A stretch of 64,000 bases of DNA from Methanobacteriota archaeon (GCA_043799545.1 JAZDNO010000005.1:88313-152312), one strand, 5' to 3'. Shown: positions 7,608-18,184, numbered from the stretch's first letter. Numbers and translations: made by a program. Notes: generated by a model not told the origin, from the sequence alone.

Positions 7608-10600
7608 ATGGGTTCGGGGGACGCCTCTCTCGCGATTCGCTCTTATTTCGAGGGCATCGAGAGTGAGCTGGACCGGGCATACGCGGCAGCGCGGGCGGCG
7701 AGGTCGAGGGGCTTCGACCCGGCGCCGGACGTGGAGGTCAAGCGCACGCGCGACATGGCCGACAGGGTCGAGAGGCTGCTGGAGGTCGAGGGCGTCGCCA
7801 GGGAGATACGCGAGCTCGCCGGGAAGATGAACCGCGAGGAGCTGTCGATTGAGATTGCCAAGCGCACGGCGCGGATGGGAGGCTTCGAGGTCGAGGACGC
7901 GCTGGAGAAGAGCGTCCGGGTCGGGCTGGCGATACTCACCGAGGGGATTCTCGTCGCGCCGATAGAGGGGATTGCCAAGGTCAGGATTCGCCACGAATCG
8001 GACGGCTCGAACTATGTGGCAGTCTATTTCGCCGGCCCGATTCGCTCGGCGGGAGGGACCGGGCAGGCGATGAGCGTGCTGCTGGCGGACATCGTGCGAA
8101 GGGAGCTGCGAATCGGGGCATACAAAGCCACCCAGAGCGAGATTGAGAGGTGGAAGGAGGAGATACCGCTTTACAAGCAAGCCCAGCACCTTCAATACTC
8201 CCCGACGAACGATGAGATAGACCTCATCATAGGGAACTGCCCGATTTGCATCGACGGGGAGGGGACCGAAGACGTCGAAATCTCCGGTTTCCGCGACCTC
8301 CCCCGAATTGAGACCAACAGGGTCAGGGGGGGCGCGTGCCTCATCATCGCCGAGGGCCTTTCACAGAAGGCGGCGAAGATACAGAAGCACGTGAAGAAGC
8401 TCAAAATCGACGGCTGGGAGTTCATAGACCATCTGCTGAAAAAGAAGGGCGGCACGGATTCCGAGAGCTCCGAATACAAGCCGAGCTGGAAGTACATGAA
8501 GGACCTCGTGGCCGGCAGGCCGGTGCTGAGCCACCCGAGCGCGGTCGGCGGCTTCAGGCTCAGGTACGGCAAGTCGCGCACGAACGGGCTGGCTGGTCTC
8601 TCGATGCACCCGGCTCTGATGCCATTGCTCGGCGACATCCTTGCAATCGGCACCCAGATAAAGATCGAGCGCCCGGGCAAGGCCGGGATAGTCACCCCCT
8701 GCGACGAGCTCGAACCGCCGATTGTCCTGCTCAAGAACGGCTCGCTGGTCGAAGTCGCGACGGTCGAGGACGCGAAGCGCCTGTATTCCCAGGTCGACAA
8801 GATACTGGACATAGGCGAAATCCTGGTGCCGTTCGGCGAATTCCTGGAGAACAACCAGCCCCTCGCGGCGGGGGCGTTCGACGTAAACTGGTACGAGGCC
8901 CTGTGGGTCGCTGGCGGCGGGAAAGTTCCGGCAAACATCGGAGACCCGACGTTCGAGGAGGCGCTGGCATGGTCTAAGGAGCGCAGCCTGCCCTTGCACC
9001 CGAACTTCAACCTTTTCTGGCACGACCTCCGCTCCGAAGACATAGTCAAACTCTCCGAGCTGGTCGAAAAGACCGGTATTTTTGAGGGCAGGTCTCTCAA
9101 GGTTTCGCGCACCGCCGAGACGAAAGCCCTGCTGGAGGCGCTTTGCGTCCTCCACGAGGTGAGGGGGAACGAGATAATCGTCGGGAGGCATTCTGCGGCT
9201 CTGGCATACTGTCTGGGGCTCGATGTCACAAAAGATGGAAAGCTGCGGCGGCGCGCTCAGGCTAAGGTTGGAAAGGACGGGCTGGCGACGGTTTCCGCCT
9301 TGGCCGGAATCGCGGTGAAGGCGCGCGGCCCGACGCGCATCGGGGCAAGGATGGCCAGGCCCGAGAAGGCGAAGGAGCGGGAGATGAAAGTCCTCGTGCA
9401 CGCGCTCTTCCCTGTTGGCGAGGCCGGCGGCTCGCAGAGGCTCTTCAGCGAGGCTTCGAAGGCCATGCGCCCTGTCGACGTCGAGCTGGAAGAGAGGGGC
9501 TGCAAGGGCTGCCACACGATAACGCCGTTGAAGGCCTGCCCCAATTGCGGGGCGCAGACGCGCTCGACGGGGCAGATGCGGAAGATGCCGTTGGACATCA
9601 GGGCGATGTTCGAACCCGCGGCCAAGAGCATGGAGATGCCCCAGGGCACGAAGGTCAAGGGCGTGAAGGGGATGCTGTCGGAATCCAAGATTCCGGAGCC
9701 AATCGAGAAGGGCATCCTCAGGGCGAAGCACGGGCTTTCCGTTTTCAAGGACGGCACGATCAGGTTCGACATCACCGACGCGCCGCTCACGCATTTCAAG
9801 CCCAGGGAGATAGGGCTGACCGTGGAGAGGGCGAGGGAGCTGGGCTACGACACGGACTGCCTGGGGCGGCCGCTGGAGTCCGCCGAGCAGGCCGTGGAGC
9901 TGAGGCCGCAGGACGTTATCATCAGCGAATCCGGGGTCGAGTACCTCCTGCGCATCGCCCAGTTCCTCGACGAGCTTCTCGTCAGATTCTATAATGTCGA
10001 GCCTTACTACAACGTGAAGCGCCCGGAGGACATGATCGGCCAGGCATTGCTAGGCCTGTCCCCGCACACGTCCGGCGGCGTGTGCTGCAGGCTCATCGGC
10101 CACACGGGGGCGAGCGTGTGCTACGCTCACCCGTACTTCCACGCGGCAAAGCGCAGGAACTGCGACGGCGACGAGGATTGCGTGATGCTCCTCATGGACG
10201 CCCTCTTGAATTTCTCTTTCGCGTACCTGCCGGTGAGCCGCGGCGGGCGGATGGACGCGCCCATGATTCTCTCCTCCAGAATCGATCCGGCCGAGATAGA
10301 CAAGGAGGCGCTGAACATAGACGCGGTCTCAAGCTATCCAGCCGAGTTCTATGCCATGGCCGAGGCGAGGCGCCCGCCCAAGGACGCGGAGCGGCTCATA
10401 GACAACGCGGGGAAGCGCCTGGGAAGCCTGCTTCAATACGAAGGGCTGATGTTCACCCACGATACGCACGACATCGCAGCCGGGACGATGGTCTCGGCAT
10501 ACAAGACGATCGAGGACATGAACGGAAAGATGGAACTGCAGATGAGCCTCGCAAAAAAGCTGGCCGCGGTGGACGAGAACGACGTCGCCGAGCGCCTCAT

Positions 10601-10964
10601 CAACGCCCACCTGCTGCCCGACATGATAGGGAACCTGAAGAAGTTCACCACGCAGGGTTTCAGGTGCACGTCCTGCGGGGCGAAGTTCCGCCGCATGCCA
10701 GTCACTGGGAAGTGCAAGTGCAAGAACGGGGTCATCCTCACGGTCCATCCCGGAAGCGTCACGAAGTACCTGGAGAAGACTAAAAGGCTCTCCACCGATT
10801 ACGAGGTGAACAACTACACAAGGCAGAGGATAGCATTGATCGAGCTTTCCATGGCCTCCCTGTTCCACGATGACCGAGGGAAGACGTTGATGGATTTCGG
10901 AAAGCCCCTTGAGCCGAAGGAAGGTCCGGAAATCCCCGTGGTTGGATTAGAAGAGGTGGAATGA
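7608..10964 (+). CDS. polC: DNA polymerase II (PolD) large subunit DP2
   Basis: GILVAPIEGI, FAGPIRSAGGT, catalytic KRRNCDGDED, C-terminal zinc finger; 1118 aa, no intein-sized insert. Confidence 0.98.
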   Translation: MGSGDASLAIRSYFEGIESELDRAYAAARAARSRGFDPAPDVEVKRTRDMADRVERLLEVEGVAREIRELAGKMNREELSIEIAKRTARMGGFEVEDALEKSVRVGLAILTEGILVAPIEGIAKVRIRHESDGSNYVAVYFAGPIRSAGGTGQAMSVLLADIVRRELRIGAYKATQSEIERWKEEIPLYKQAQHLQYSPTNDEIDLIIGNCPICIDGEGTEDVEISGFRDLPRIETNRVRGGACLIIAEGLSQKAAKIQKHVKKLKIDGWEFIDHLLKKKGGTDSESSEYKPSWKYMKDLVAGRPVLSHPSAVGGFRLRYGKSRTNGLAGLSMHPALMPLLGDILAIGTQIKIERPGKAGIVTPCDELEPPIVLLKNGSLVEVATVEDAKRLYSQVDKILDIGEILVPFGEFLENNQPLAAGAFDVNWYEALWVAGGGKVPANIGDPTFEEALAWSKERSLPLHPNFNLFWHDLRSEDIVKLSELVEKTGIFEGRSLKVSRTAETKALLEALCVLHEVRGNEIIVGRHSAALAYCLGLDVTKDGKLRRRAQAKVGKDGLATVSALAGIAVKARGPTRIGARMARPEKAKEREMKVLVHALFPVGEAGGSQRLFSEASKAMRPVDVELEERGCKGCHTITPLKACPNCGAQTRSTGQMRKMPLDIRAMFEPAAKSMEMPQGTKVKGVKGMLSESKIPEPIEKGILRAKHGLSVFKDGTIRFDITDAPLTHFKPREIGLTVERARELGYDTDCLGRPLESAEQAVELRPQDVIISESGVEYLLRIAQFLDELLVRFYNVEPYYNVKRPEDMIGQALLGLSPHTSGGVCCRLIGHTGASVCYAHPYFHAAKRRNCDGDEDCVMLLMDALLNFSFAYLPVSRGGRMDAPMILSSRIDPAEIDKEALNIDAVSSYPAEFYAMAEARRPPKDAERLIDNAGKRLGSLLQYEGLMFTHDTHDIAAGTMVSAYKTIEDMNGKMELQMSLAKKLAAVDENDVAERLINAHLLPDMIGNLKKFTTQGFRCTSCGAKFRRMPVTGKCKCKNGVILTVHPGSVTKYLEKTKRLSTDYEVNNYTRQRIALIELSMASLFHDDRGKTLMDFGKPLEPKEGPEIPVVGLEEVE

Positions 10965-11707
10965 TGAAAGTCCCGAGGAGCCATCCCCGATACAAATCCC
11001 TTAAAACCCGCGAGGCGCTGTCGAGGCTCTCCGACGGCGGCGTCGTCGCCAGAACCGGACTCATAGCCCACGGCCGTGGCGAGGCGTTCGACTACATGCT
11101 GGGGGAGCGGACCCACCCGTTCGCCCTGGAAGCCGCGAAGGCCGCAGCGGCGCACCTGCTGCTGGCGAAAACCCCGGTCCTATCGGTCAACGGCAACGTC
11201 GCGGCGCTCGCTGGAAGGGAGATGATTGCCCTGTCCAAGGCGGTCCCGGCGAAGCTGGAGGTAAACCTGTTTCACAGGTCGCCTGCGCGGATAGCGCGCG
11301 TCGTCGCGCACATGGAGGGGCTCGGAGCGAAGGGCGTGTTGGGAAAAGGGGCGACCGAGCTGATACCCGGGCTGGCTCAGCCTCGCGCTCGCTGCACCAC
11401 CGAGGGAATATTCTCCGCCGACGTCGTGTTCGTCCCCTTGGAGGACGGAGACAGGGCGGAGGCGCTGGTGCGCATGGGCAAGACCGTCATCGCAGTGGAC
11501 CTGAATCCTCTCTCGCGGACGGCCAAGGCCGCGACCGTGACGATAGTGGACGAGCTGACTCGCGCGGTGCCGAACGTGACCCGCGCCGTGCTTGGGATGA
11601 AGGCGTGGCCAGAGGCTAGAATCCGAAGGCTCGCGGAAGGCTTTGACAATGAGAGAAACCTCAAGGACGCGGGAAAGGCGATGGCGAGGCACGTTCTCGG
11701 CGGCTGA
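10961..11707 (+). CDS. pps: 4-phosphopantoate--beta-alanine ligase (archaeal phosphopantothenate synthetase)
   Basis: PRSHPRYKSL, GLIAHGRGEAFDYMLGE, SVNGN, VPLEDGDR, DLNPLSRTA. Confidence 0.93.
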   Translation: MMKVPRSHPRYKSLKTREALSRLSDGGVVARTGLIAHGRGEAFDYMLGERTHPFALEAAKAAAAHLLLAKTPVLSVNGNVAALAGREMIALSKAVPAKLEVNLFHRSPARIARVVAHMEGLGAKGVLGKGATELIPGLAQPRARCTTEGIFSADVVFVPLEDGDRAEALVRMGKTVIAVDLNPLSRTAKAATVTIVDELTRAVPNVTRAVLGMKAWPEARIRRLAEGFDNERNLKDAGKAMARHVLGG

Positions 11708-11759
11708 AACCCACGAAAACCATTTAACAGGCTTGGCTCATTGCCCCGCGGTGTCTCCA

Positions 11760-12998
11760 ATGGACGACCTTTTGCAAAAGGGCATACTGCGCCTCGAGTG
11801 GGCGAAGGAGCACATGGGCGTGCTGGCCCAGGTGCGCGGCGAGATGGTCAGGAACAAGTCGCTCAAGGGCAAGCGCGTGGGCATGGCGCTTCACGTCGAG
11901 GCGAAGACGGGCATACTAGCGCTGACGCTGAAGGAGGCCGGCGCGACAGTCCGCCTGACGAGCTGCAACCCCCTCTCGACGGACGATTGCGTCGCGGTCG
12001 CTCTTAACAAGCACCACAAGCTCGAGACGTACGCCAAGAAATGGCAGACCAACAAGCAGTACTACGAGAGCCTCCAGAAAGTGCTGGACATGAAGCCCGA
12101 CATCGTGGTGGACGACGGCGGCGACCTGATTTTCCTCCTCCACACGGAGCGGAAGGAGCTGCTCGACGGCATCATGGGGGCCAACGAGGAGACGACGACG
12201 GGAATCATCAGGCTCAAGGCGATGGCCAAGGAGGGAGCGCTCAAATTCCCAGTCATGGCCGTGAACAACGCAAAGATGAAGCACCTGTTCGACAACCGAT
12301 ATGGTACGGGCCAGTCCACATTCGACGGCATCCTCAACGCGACGAACCTGCTCATAGCGGGAAAGAGGTTCGTGGTCGCAGGCTACGGATGGTGCGGCCG
12401 CGGCATCGCAATGCGCGCCAGGGGGATGGGCGCCATAGTGACAGTTTGCGAGGTGGACCCGGTCAGCGCGATTGAGGCGCATCTCGACGGCTTCGACGTC
12501 ATGCCAATGGCCAAGGCCATCGCCGGGGCGGACTTCCTGGTGTCGGTGACGGGATGCAAGGACATCGTCACGGCCGAGCATTTGAAGCTGGCCAAGGACG
12601 GCATAGTCCTGGCCAACTCCGGTCATTTCGACAACGAAGTTTCCAAGACCGATTTGATGAGGCTATCCAAATCCGTGAGAAAGGTGCGCGAGCTAGTGGA
12701 CGAGTACACATTCAAGGACGGCAAGCGCGTCTATCTGCTGGCCGAGGGGCGCCTGGTCAACCTGGCCGCGGGCCAAGGACACCCCGTAGAGATAATGGAC
12801 ATGAGCTTCGCGATACAGGCGCTGTGCGCGCAGCACCTCGCGGTGAACGGCCGGAAGATGAAGCCCGGCGTCTACGATGTACCAAAGGACATGGACGACA
12901 GGGTCGCCGAGCTGGCGCTGAAGACGAGCGGAATCGAGCTGGACTCGCTGAGCAAGAACCAGAAGGCGTACCTGGGAAGCTGGAGGGAAGGGACCTGA
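11760..12998 (+). CDS. ahcY: Adenosylhomocysteinase
   Basis: SCNPLSTDD, EETTTG, KHLFDNRYGTGQS, GYGWCGRG, GRLVNLAAGQGHP. Confidence 0.97.
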   Translation: MDDLLQKGILRLEWAKEHMGVLAQVRGEMVRNKSLKGKRVGMALHVEAKTGILALTLKEAGATVRLTSCNPLSTDDCVAVALNKHHKLETYAKKWQTNKQYYESLQKVLDMKPDIVVDDGGDLIFLLHTERKELLDGIMGANEETTTGIIRLKAMAKEGALKFPVMAVNNAKMKHLFDNRYGTGQSTFDGILNATNLLIAGKRFVVAGYGWCGRGIAMRARGMGAIVTVCEVDPVSAIEAHLDGFDVMPMAKAIAGADFLVSVTGCKDIVTAEHLKLAKDGIVLANSGHFDNEVSKTDLMRLSKSVRKVRELVDEYTFKDGKRVYLLAEGRLVNLAAGQGHPVEIMDMSFAIQALCAQHLAVNGRKMKPGVYDVPKDMDDRVAELALKTSGIELDSLSKNQKAYLGSWREGT

Positions 12999-13012
12999 GC
13001 GCAGGAAAGAAA

Positions 13013-13972
13013 ATGGCGGCTTCTGGCGCGATGCTTCCCCGGAAGGAAAATTTCCTCGGCGTGTTCGGCCACACGACCATCGACCATATCATCGAAGTCC
13101 CGAAATTCCCCGAGCCGAACACGTCCATCGAGGTCGCGAGCCACACGACGTACAGGGGGGGAACGGGAGCGAACATAGCCTTCATCGCGGGGGGGCTAGG
13201 TGTCCCTGTCGCGCTCGCCTCGTTCGTGGGCGATGATTTTCCTTCGGATTTCAGGGAGGCGCTGGGCAAGGCGGGTGTGGACTCGACGGACCTCAAGGTG
13301 GTGAAAGGTTACACGACTCCGACGTGCTGGATAATGACCGAACCAGGCCAGGACCAGGTGGCGGTCATCAACCAGGGGCCCATGAGAGACGCCGCGAAGT
13401 TTCCCGTGGCGAGGCATTCGGTCGATTCTTCCCGGTACGTGCACATCTGCACCGGCAGGCCGGAATACTATGCCAAGGTCGTCGCCTACGCAAAGCGGAA
13501 GGGCAAGATGGTCTCCTTCGACCCGGGCCAGGAACTACATTATGTTTACACGCCGGAATCTTTCAGGGCAATTCTGAGGCAATCGGACATCTTCTTCGCC
13601 AACGAAAGCGAAGCCAGGCGGGCGCTCAAATACCTCAAGCTCAAACAAACCGGGGAGCTGCTGGAACACGTCGATACGCTTGTTCTCACCAGGGGCAAAA
13701 AGGGGAGCGAGGTTCTTACCTGCGATGAAAAGTTCAGCATCCCCATAGTCGAGGCGGACCGTTTCGAGGACCCAACGGGAGCCGGGGACGGTTACCGCGC
13801 TGGCTTCTACGCGGGCTTGCACAGGGGGTTTGGGCTCCGCGACGCGGCCATGGCGGGCGCGGCTGCGGCGAGTTTCATCATCGAGGCGAAGGGTTGCCAG
13901 ACCAATCCTCCGACATGGGCTAAGCTTGAATCGAGGCTTCGGAAAAGAGGCATGAAGCTCGAAGGATGCTAG
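13013..13972 (+). CDS. PfkB-family nucleoside/carbohydrate kinase
   Basis: GGTGANIA and DPTGAGDGYRAG PfkB motifs; follows ahcY, consistent with adenosine salvage. Confidence 0.9.
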   Translation: MAASGAMLPRKENFLGVFGHTTIDHIIEVPKFPEPNTSIEVASHTTYRGGTGANIAFIAGGLGVPVALASFVGDDFPSDFREALGKAGVDSTDLKVVKGYTTPTCWIMTEPGQDQVAVINQGPMRDAAKFPVARHSVDSSRYVHICTGRPEYYAKVVAYAKRKGKMVSFDPGQELHYVYTPESFRAILRQSDIFFANESEARRALKYLKLKQTGELLEHVDTLVLTRGKKGSEVLTCDEKFSIPIVEADRFEDPTGAGDGYRAGFYAGLHRGFGLRDAAMAGAAAASFIIEAKGCQTNPPTWAKLESRLRKRGMKLEGC

Positions 13973-13973
13973 T

Positions 13974-14792
13974 TCACGGGCACTTGTCGATTAGCGCCTT
14001 GCGCCGCACGAGGTTACGCGATATCTCCTCTGGAGACTTGAAATTCTGCTCCGCCTCGGCCAGCAGGCGCACAGCTTCGTGGAGCCCCGCCTTCGTGGGG
14101 TTCGAGATGTCGAGCCCTGCCTTGGAGAACTGAGTCCTCACCATCGCCATCGCGAGCTCCGGGTCGCCGAACGATTCCGTGAAGTCGATTATCATCATGT
14201 CGGCCACGTCCGTCAGGTTGTGCGCTTCCTTCTTCGCGACGGCTTCCGAGCCCTTTGGCATGGCGTCCAAGGATGCAGCCATCTCCGCGATGTTGGAGAA
14301 AAGCCCCTCAACGTTCTCGCCGGTCTTCGCGCTTGAAAGGTAGTGCTGCGCGTGCATGGTGCCAGCAAGGCGGTTTATCTCCTCGTCTGAAACCTGGCGC
14401 TCGCCGAGAAGGTCCACCTTGTTCCCGACGAGGACCGAGGGCACGTTCCCCGCGACCTTCGCAAGTTCGGGGCGCCAGTATTTCTCGATGCTGGCGAGCG
14501 TTTCCTTCCTTGTCAGGTCGAAGACGAAAATCGCTCCCTGGGTTCCGAGATAGCTCTTCGACTGGGTTCCGGTGTACCCCTGCTGGCCAAGGATGTCCCA
14601 TATCATCATCGACATCGAGATTTGGCCTTTTGACCCCTTGACCACGGTCTCCTTCTTCGTTATTTTCGTCCCTATGGTCGTGATGTAGCTGTCGTCGAAC
14701 GAGTCCAGCACGAAACGCCTTATGAGGCTTGTCTTGCCTACTGCGCTGTCGCCGAGCAGCACGATCTTCCTCTTCAGGTCAGGTTGTCCCAT
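13974..14792 (-). CDS. Rab-like small GTPase with C-terminal helical extension
   Basis: G1 GDSAVGKTS, G2 TIG, G3 WDILGQ, G4 NKVD, G5 SAK. Confidence 0.9.
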   Translation of the reverse strand: MGQPDLKRKIVLLGDSAVGKTSLIRRFVLDSFDDSYITTIGTKITKKETVVKGSKGQISMSMMIWDILGQQGYTGTQSKSYLGTQGAIFVFDLTRKETLASIEKYWRPELAKVAGNVPSVLVGNKVDLLGERQVSDEEINRLAGTMHAQHYLSSAKTGENVEGLFSNIAEMAASLDAMPKGSEAVAKKEAHNLTDVADMMIIDFTESFGDPELAMAMVRTQFSKAGLDISNPTKAGLHEAVRLLAEAEQNFKSPEEISRNLVRRKALIDKCP

Positions 14793-14979
14793 TCTTCACA
14801 TGCTCCGGGGACAATATCGCCGTCAGGATACAAATAGGTATTGCGGGAAATGCACAGATTCCATGTTCATCGGCAAACCGTACCGGCGAAGCGGGGCACC
14901 CCAAAATATAATGACGAGCATGCCCATTCCCCCTTGGGCGGGTTAATTCCCCGGGGAGGCTCCCGTCCGAGGTGAGTCC

Positions 14980-16248
14980 ATGGCAGACGGTTTCGAGCAT
15001 CTGTTTTCGGAGAGGGCCAGGGGGATGAAGGCATCGATGATAAGGGAGCTTCTCAAACTCACTCATCAGAGAGATATTGTCCTGTTTGCAGGAGGGCTTC
15101 CTAATCCGGCCGCGTTCCCCGTGGAGGACGTCAAGGGCATATGCAAGGACCTTCTAGCCAAAAGCAGCGAGAAAACGCTCCAGTACGGCACGACCGAGGG
15201 GGTCACCGAGCTGAGGGAGCAGCTGGTCGAGAGGATGAAGCGCAAGTCCATTGACTGCGACATCAAGAACACGATAATCACCAGCGGTTCCCAGCAGGGG
15301 CTGGACCTCGTGAGCAAGGTCTTCATCGACCCGAAGGACATGGTCGTGGTTGGCGCCCCGACGTTTTTGGGAGGGGCGGGGGTCTTCACGTCGTACCAGG
15401 CGCAGATGGAGGCTATACCAATAGACGAAGAGGGCATGCCCCCGGATGTTCTTGAGGACAGGCTCTGGAAGCTCCACAGGCACGGGCGCAACTTCAAGAT
15501 GCTCTACATGCTGCCGACGTTCCAGAATCCGTCTGGGGTCACGTCCCCGGAGAGCCGCAGGAAGAAAATCATAGACATCTGCGCGGAGCTGGACATGATA
15601 ATAATCGAGGACGACCCGTACAGCGACATCAGATACTCGGGCGATGACCTGAGGCCAGTGAAGTCCTTCGACAAAGAGGGCCGCGTGATTTACATGAGCA
15701 CCTTCTCCAAGATACTCGCCCCCGGACTGAGGGTCGCATGGCTCACGGCCAGCGAGGACATAGTGTCCAAATTGGTCATTGCGAAGCAATCCACGGACCT
15801 GTGCACGAACACCTTCGGCCAGTACATCGCCCACGAGTACATGGCGCGTGGACTAGTCGATAAACACATCGAGGTCATAAAGAAATTATACAAGGCGAAG
15901 CGCGACATCATGCTGAAGTCCATGAAGGACCATTTCCCCGAAGGCGTCAAGTGGACCCGGCCAGACGGCGGGATGTTCTGCTGGGTCACCGTTCCGGATT
16001 ACATAGACACGCCGGGAATGTTCGACAAGGCGATAGAGAACAACGTCGCCTACGTTCCCGGGAACGCCTTTTACACCAACGACGGGGGGCGCGACTCGAT
16101 GCGCCTGAACTTCACACACCCAACGGATGAGATGATTGGCGTCGGAATCGAGCGCCTCGCCAAGGTAATCAAGGACGAGATGCGCCACCACGCGAAGCAC
16201 GAAATTGCCGCGCCCAGGGACAAGGACGGCATGATAGAGGGCGTGTAA
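14980..16248 (+). CDS. PLP-dependent aminotransferase, class I (LysN/ARO8-like)
   Basis: FAGGLPNP, ITSGSQQGLD, FQNPSG, EDDPY, STFSKILAPGLR. Confidence 0.93.
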   Translation: MADGFEHLFSERARGMKASMIRELLKLTHQRDIVLFAGGLPNPAAFPVEDVKGICKDLLAKSSEKTLQYGTTEGVTELREQLVERMKRKSIDCDIKNTIITSGSQQGLDLVSKVFIDPKDMVVVGAPTFLGGAGVFTSYQAQMEAIPIDEEGMPPDVLEDRLWKLHRHGRNFKMLYMLPTFQNPSGVTSPESRRKKIIDICAELDMIIIEDDPYSDIRYSGDDLRPVKSFDKEGRVIYMSTFSKILAPGLRVAWLTASEDIVSKLVIAKQSTDLCTNTFGQYIAHEYMARGLVDKHIEVIKKLYKAKRDIMLKSMKDHFPEGVKWTRPDGGMFCWVTVPDYIDTPGMFDKAIENNVAYVPGNAFYTNDGGRDSMRLNFTHPTDEMIGVGIERLAKVIKDEMRHHAKHEIAAPRDKDGMIEGV

Positions 16249-16309
16249 TACCATCGTGAAGGGCGAACCGTTTAAATCTCCGAAGGCGATGTCGCTTCAG
16301 GGTGAGCGC

Positions 16310-17254
16310 ATGAGGATACTCGTTTCCGACTCGATAGCGAAGGAAGGCGTGGAACTGTTGAAGACCGCGGGCGAAGTCAACGCGACCGAGCTGACGCCGG
16401 AGGAACTGCTCGCGCAGATTGGCGAATACGACGCGCTGGTTGTTCGGTCACGCACGAAGGTGACTAAGGAGGTCATAGAGAAGGCGGCCAACCTGAAGGT
16501 CATCGGGCGCGCTGGCATAGGCGTCGACAACATCGACGTAAAGACCGCGACGGCAAAGGGAATCGTTGTGGTGAACGCACCGAGATCGAGCACGACCTCA
16601 GTCGCCGAGCTGGCCATCGGCCACATGCTTTCCATCGCCAGGTCCCTGCCCAGAGCCGACCGCGGGATACGCGAGGGCAAGTGGGAGAAGAAGCAGCTCA
16701 AGGGAGCAGAGCTATTCGGCAAGACCCTGGGCTTCATCGGCTCAGGCCGCATAGGCGCCGAGGTGGCCGTCAGGGCGCGCGCCTTCGGCATGAAGACGCT
16801 AGCATACGATCCGTACCTCTCGCCCGACGCTGCGAAGAACGCAGGGGTCGAACTGTGCAACCTTGACCGGATTCTCAAAGAATCGGACTTCGTCACCATC
16901 CATGCCATGCTGACTGACGAGACGCGCGGGATGGTCGGCGTCGCCGAGTTTGCGAAGATGAAGCCGACGGCTTACATCGTGAACTGCGCCCGCGGCGGGA
17001 TTATCGACGAGACCGCGCTCTACAACGCGCTTAAGGACAAAAAAATCGCCGGAGCAGCGCTCGACGTCTTCGCCAAGGAGCCGCTCGTCGACAGCCCCCT
17101 GGTGAAGCTGGACAACATCGTCTTCACGCCCCACATAGGCGCATCCACGAAGGAGGGGCAGGAGCGGGCGGGAATGCAGGTGGCGGAGCAGGTAATCAAG
17201 GCGATAACGAAGACGAAGCCGGACTCGATGGTCAACCCAGAGGCGTGGAAGTGA
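16310..17254 (+). CDS. serA: D-3-phosphoglycerate dehydrogenase-like D-2-hydroxyacid dehydrogenase (short form, no ACT domain)
   Basis: VRSRTKV, RAGIGVDNID, GSGRIG, NCARGG, TPHIGAST; TTTAAA box at 16271. Confidence 0.85.
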   Translation: MRILVSDSIAKEGVELLKTAGEVNATELTPEELLAQIGEYDALVVRSRTKVTKEVIEKAANLKVIGRAGIGVDNIDVKTATAKGIVVVNAPRSSTTSVAELAIGHMLSIARSLPRADRGIREGKWEKKQLKGAELFGKTLGFIGSGRIGAEVAVRARAFGMKTLAYDPYLSPDAAKNAGVELCNLDRILKESDFVTIHAMLTDETRGMVGVAEFAKMKPTAYIVNCARGGIIDETALYNALKDKKIAGAALDVFAKEPLVDSPLVKLDNIVFTPHIGASTKEGQERAGMQVAEQVIKAITKTKPDSMVNPEAWK

Positions 17255-17595
17255 AGCACCGGCACTACACGGACATAGAGGCGGAGGACCCCGGTCAGGG
17301 CTCCAAGGACATCACGATACGCTGGCTGATAACCAAGAAAGACGGCGCGCAGCATTTCGCCATGCGCCTATTCGAGATGCAGCCCGGAGGATACACGCCG
17401 TATCACAGCCACGACTGGGAGCACGAAGTTTTCATAGTCGAGGGGGACGGTGTGCTCAAAACCGCCAAGGGCGACGAGCCGTTCAAGCAGGGCGACTTCA
17501 TCTTCGTGCCCGCAAACGACATGCACCAGTTCAGGCAGGCAGGGAATGGAGCGACGAAGTTCCTGTGCCTGATACCGAACAAGGACAATTACTGA
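17251..17595 (+). CDS. Cupin-domain protein
   Basis: PGGYTPYHSHDWEHEVF...GDFIFVPANDMHQF cupin motifs. Confidence 0.9.
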   Translation: MKHRHYTDIEAEDPGQGSKDITIRWLITKKDGAQHFAMRLFEMQPGGYTPYHSHDWEHEVFIVEGDGVLKTAKGDEPFKQGDFIFVPANDMHQFRQAGNGATKFLCLIPNKDNY

Positions 17596-17632
17596 GGTGT
17601 CGGCGCTACAACTGGAAAAAACAATCTTCGCA

Positions 17633-18184
17633 TCACGCTGCTGGCGGAGGCGGGACCATGTCGTAGCGGTCTGCCAATGTGAGCAGCTTGCCAGCGTATC
17701 TCTCGGGGTCCGCATATGCTCTTTCCAGGAAGCGCAGGATTCCGCGGGCTTTCTCCATCCCATCCTTCTCGATGACGCGCGCCAGGAGCCCCATGATGGC
17801 CGTCGGGCATGCCAATCGTTTCAGGCTCGCCGCCACGACGGCGTCACATTGCGGGGCTCCGGTAATCGAGCCTCGCACTGGCTCCCCGCAGTATGCCCGA
17901 AGCTTCTTTGACATCGCAAATAAGTAATATTTTGACTGTATTAAATGGTAAATTTCAGCCTTGCTGGTTTCGGCCTTTTTCGCTGCTGATTTGTAAGTGA
18001 ACTTATTCCGCACCAAGTGCCATCGGTTCTCGTCGACGAACGACAACAGGCTCCTGCGCCTGGGAATCTCCCACAGCTCATGTGTCCTTCCGGTCTTGAT
18101 TGCGCGCCTGGCTCGGTCGCGGCCTGGACGAGCATCTCTGTGCTCCGTCGACGGTTTGCTTTTCAGGAAATCGAACAGTCCCAT
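17633..18184 (-). CDS. Hypothetical protein (ORFan-like)
   Basis: Fills the gap; MGLFDFLKSK start; no recognisable motif; contains a local AT-rich patch. Confidence 0.5.
   Translation of the reverse strand: MGLFDFLKSKPSTEHRDARPGRDRARRAIKTGRTHELWEIPRRRSLLSFVDENRWHLVRNKFTYKSAAKKAETSKAEIYHLIQSKYYLFAMSKKLRAYCGEPVRGSITGAPQCDAVVAASLKRLACPTAIMGLLARVIEKDGMEKARGILRFLERAYADPERYAGKLLTLADRYDMVPPPPAA

Noticed and set aside
7608-10964. Intein in PolD DP2
   Set aside because: Length is normal and no splice-junction or LAGLIDADG motifs are seen.
13974-13985. C-terminal Cys (KCP) of the first GTPase as a Rab-like prenylation site
   Set aside because: Not a CC, CXC or CaaX motif and not shared by the two paralogues.
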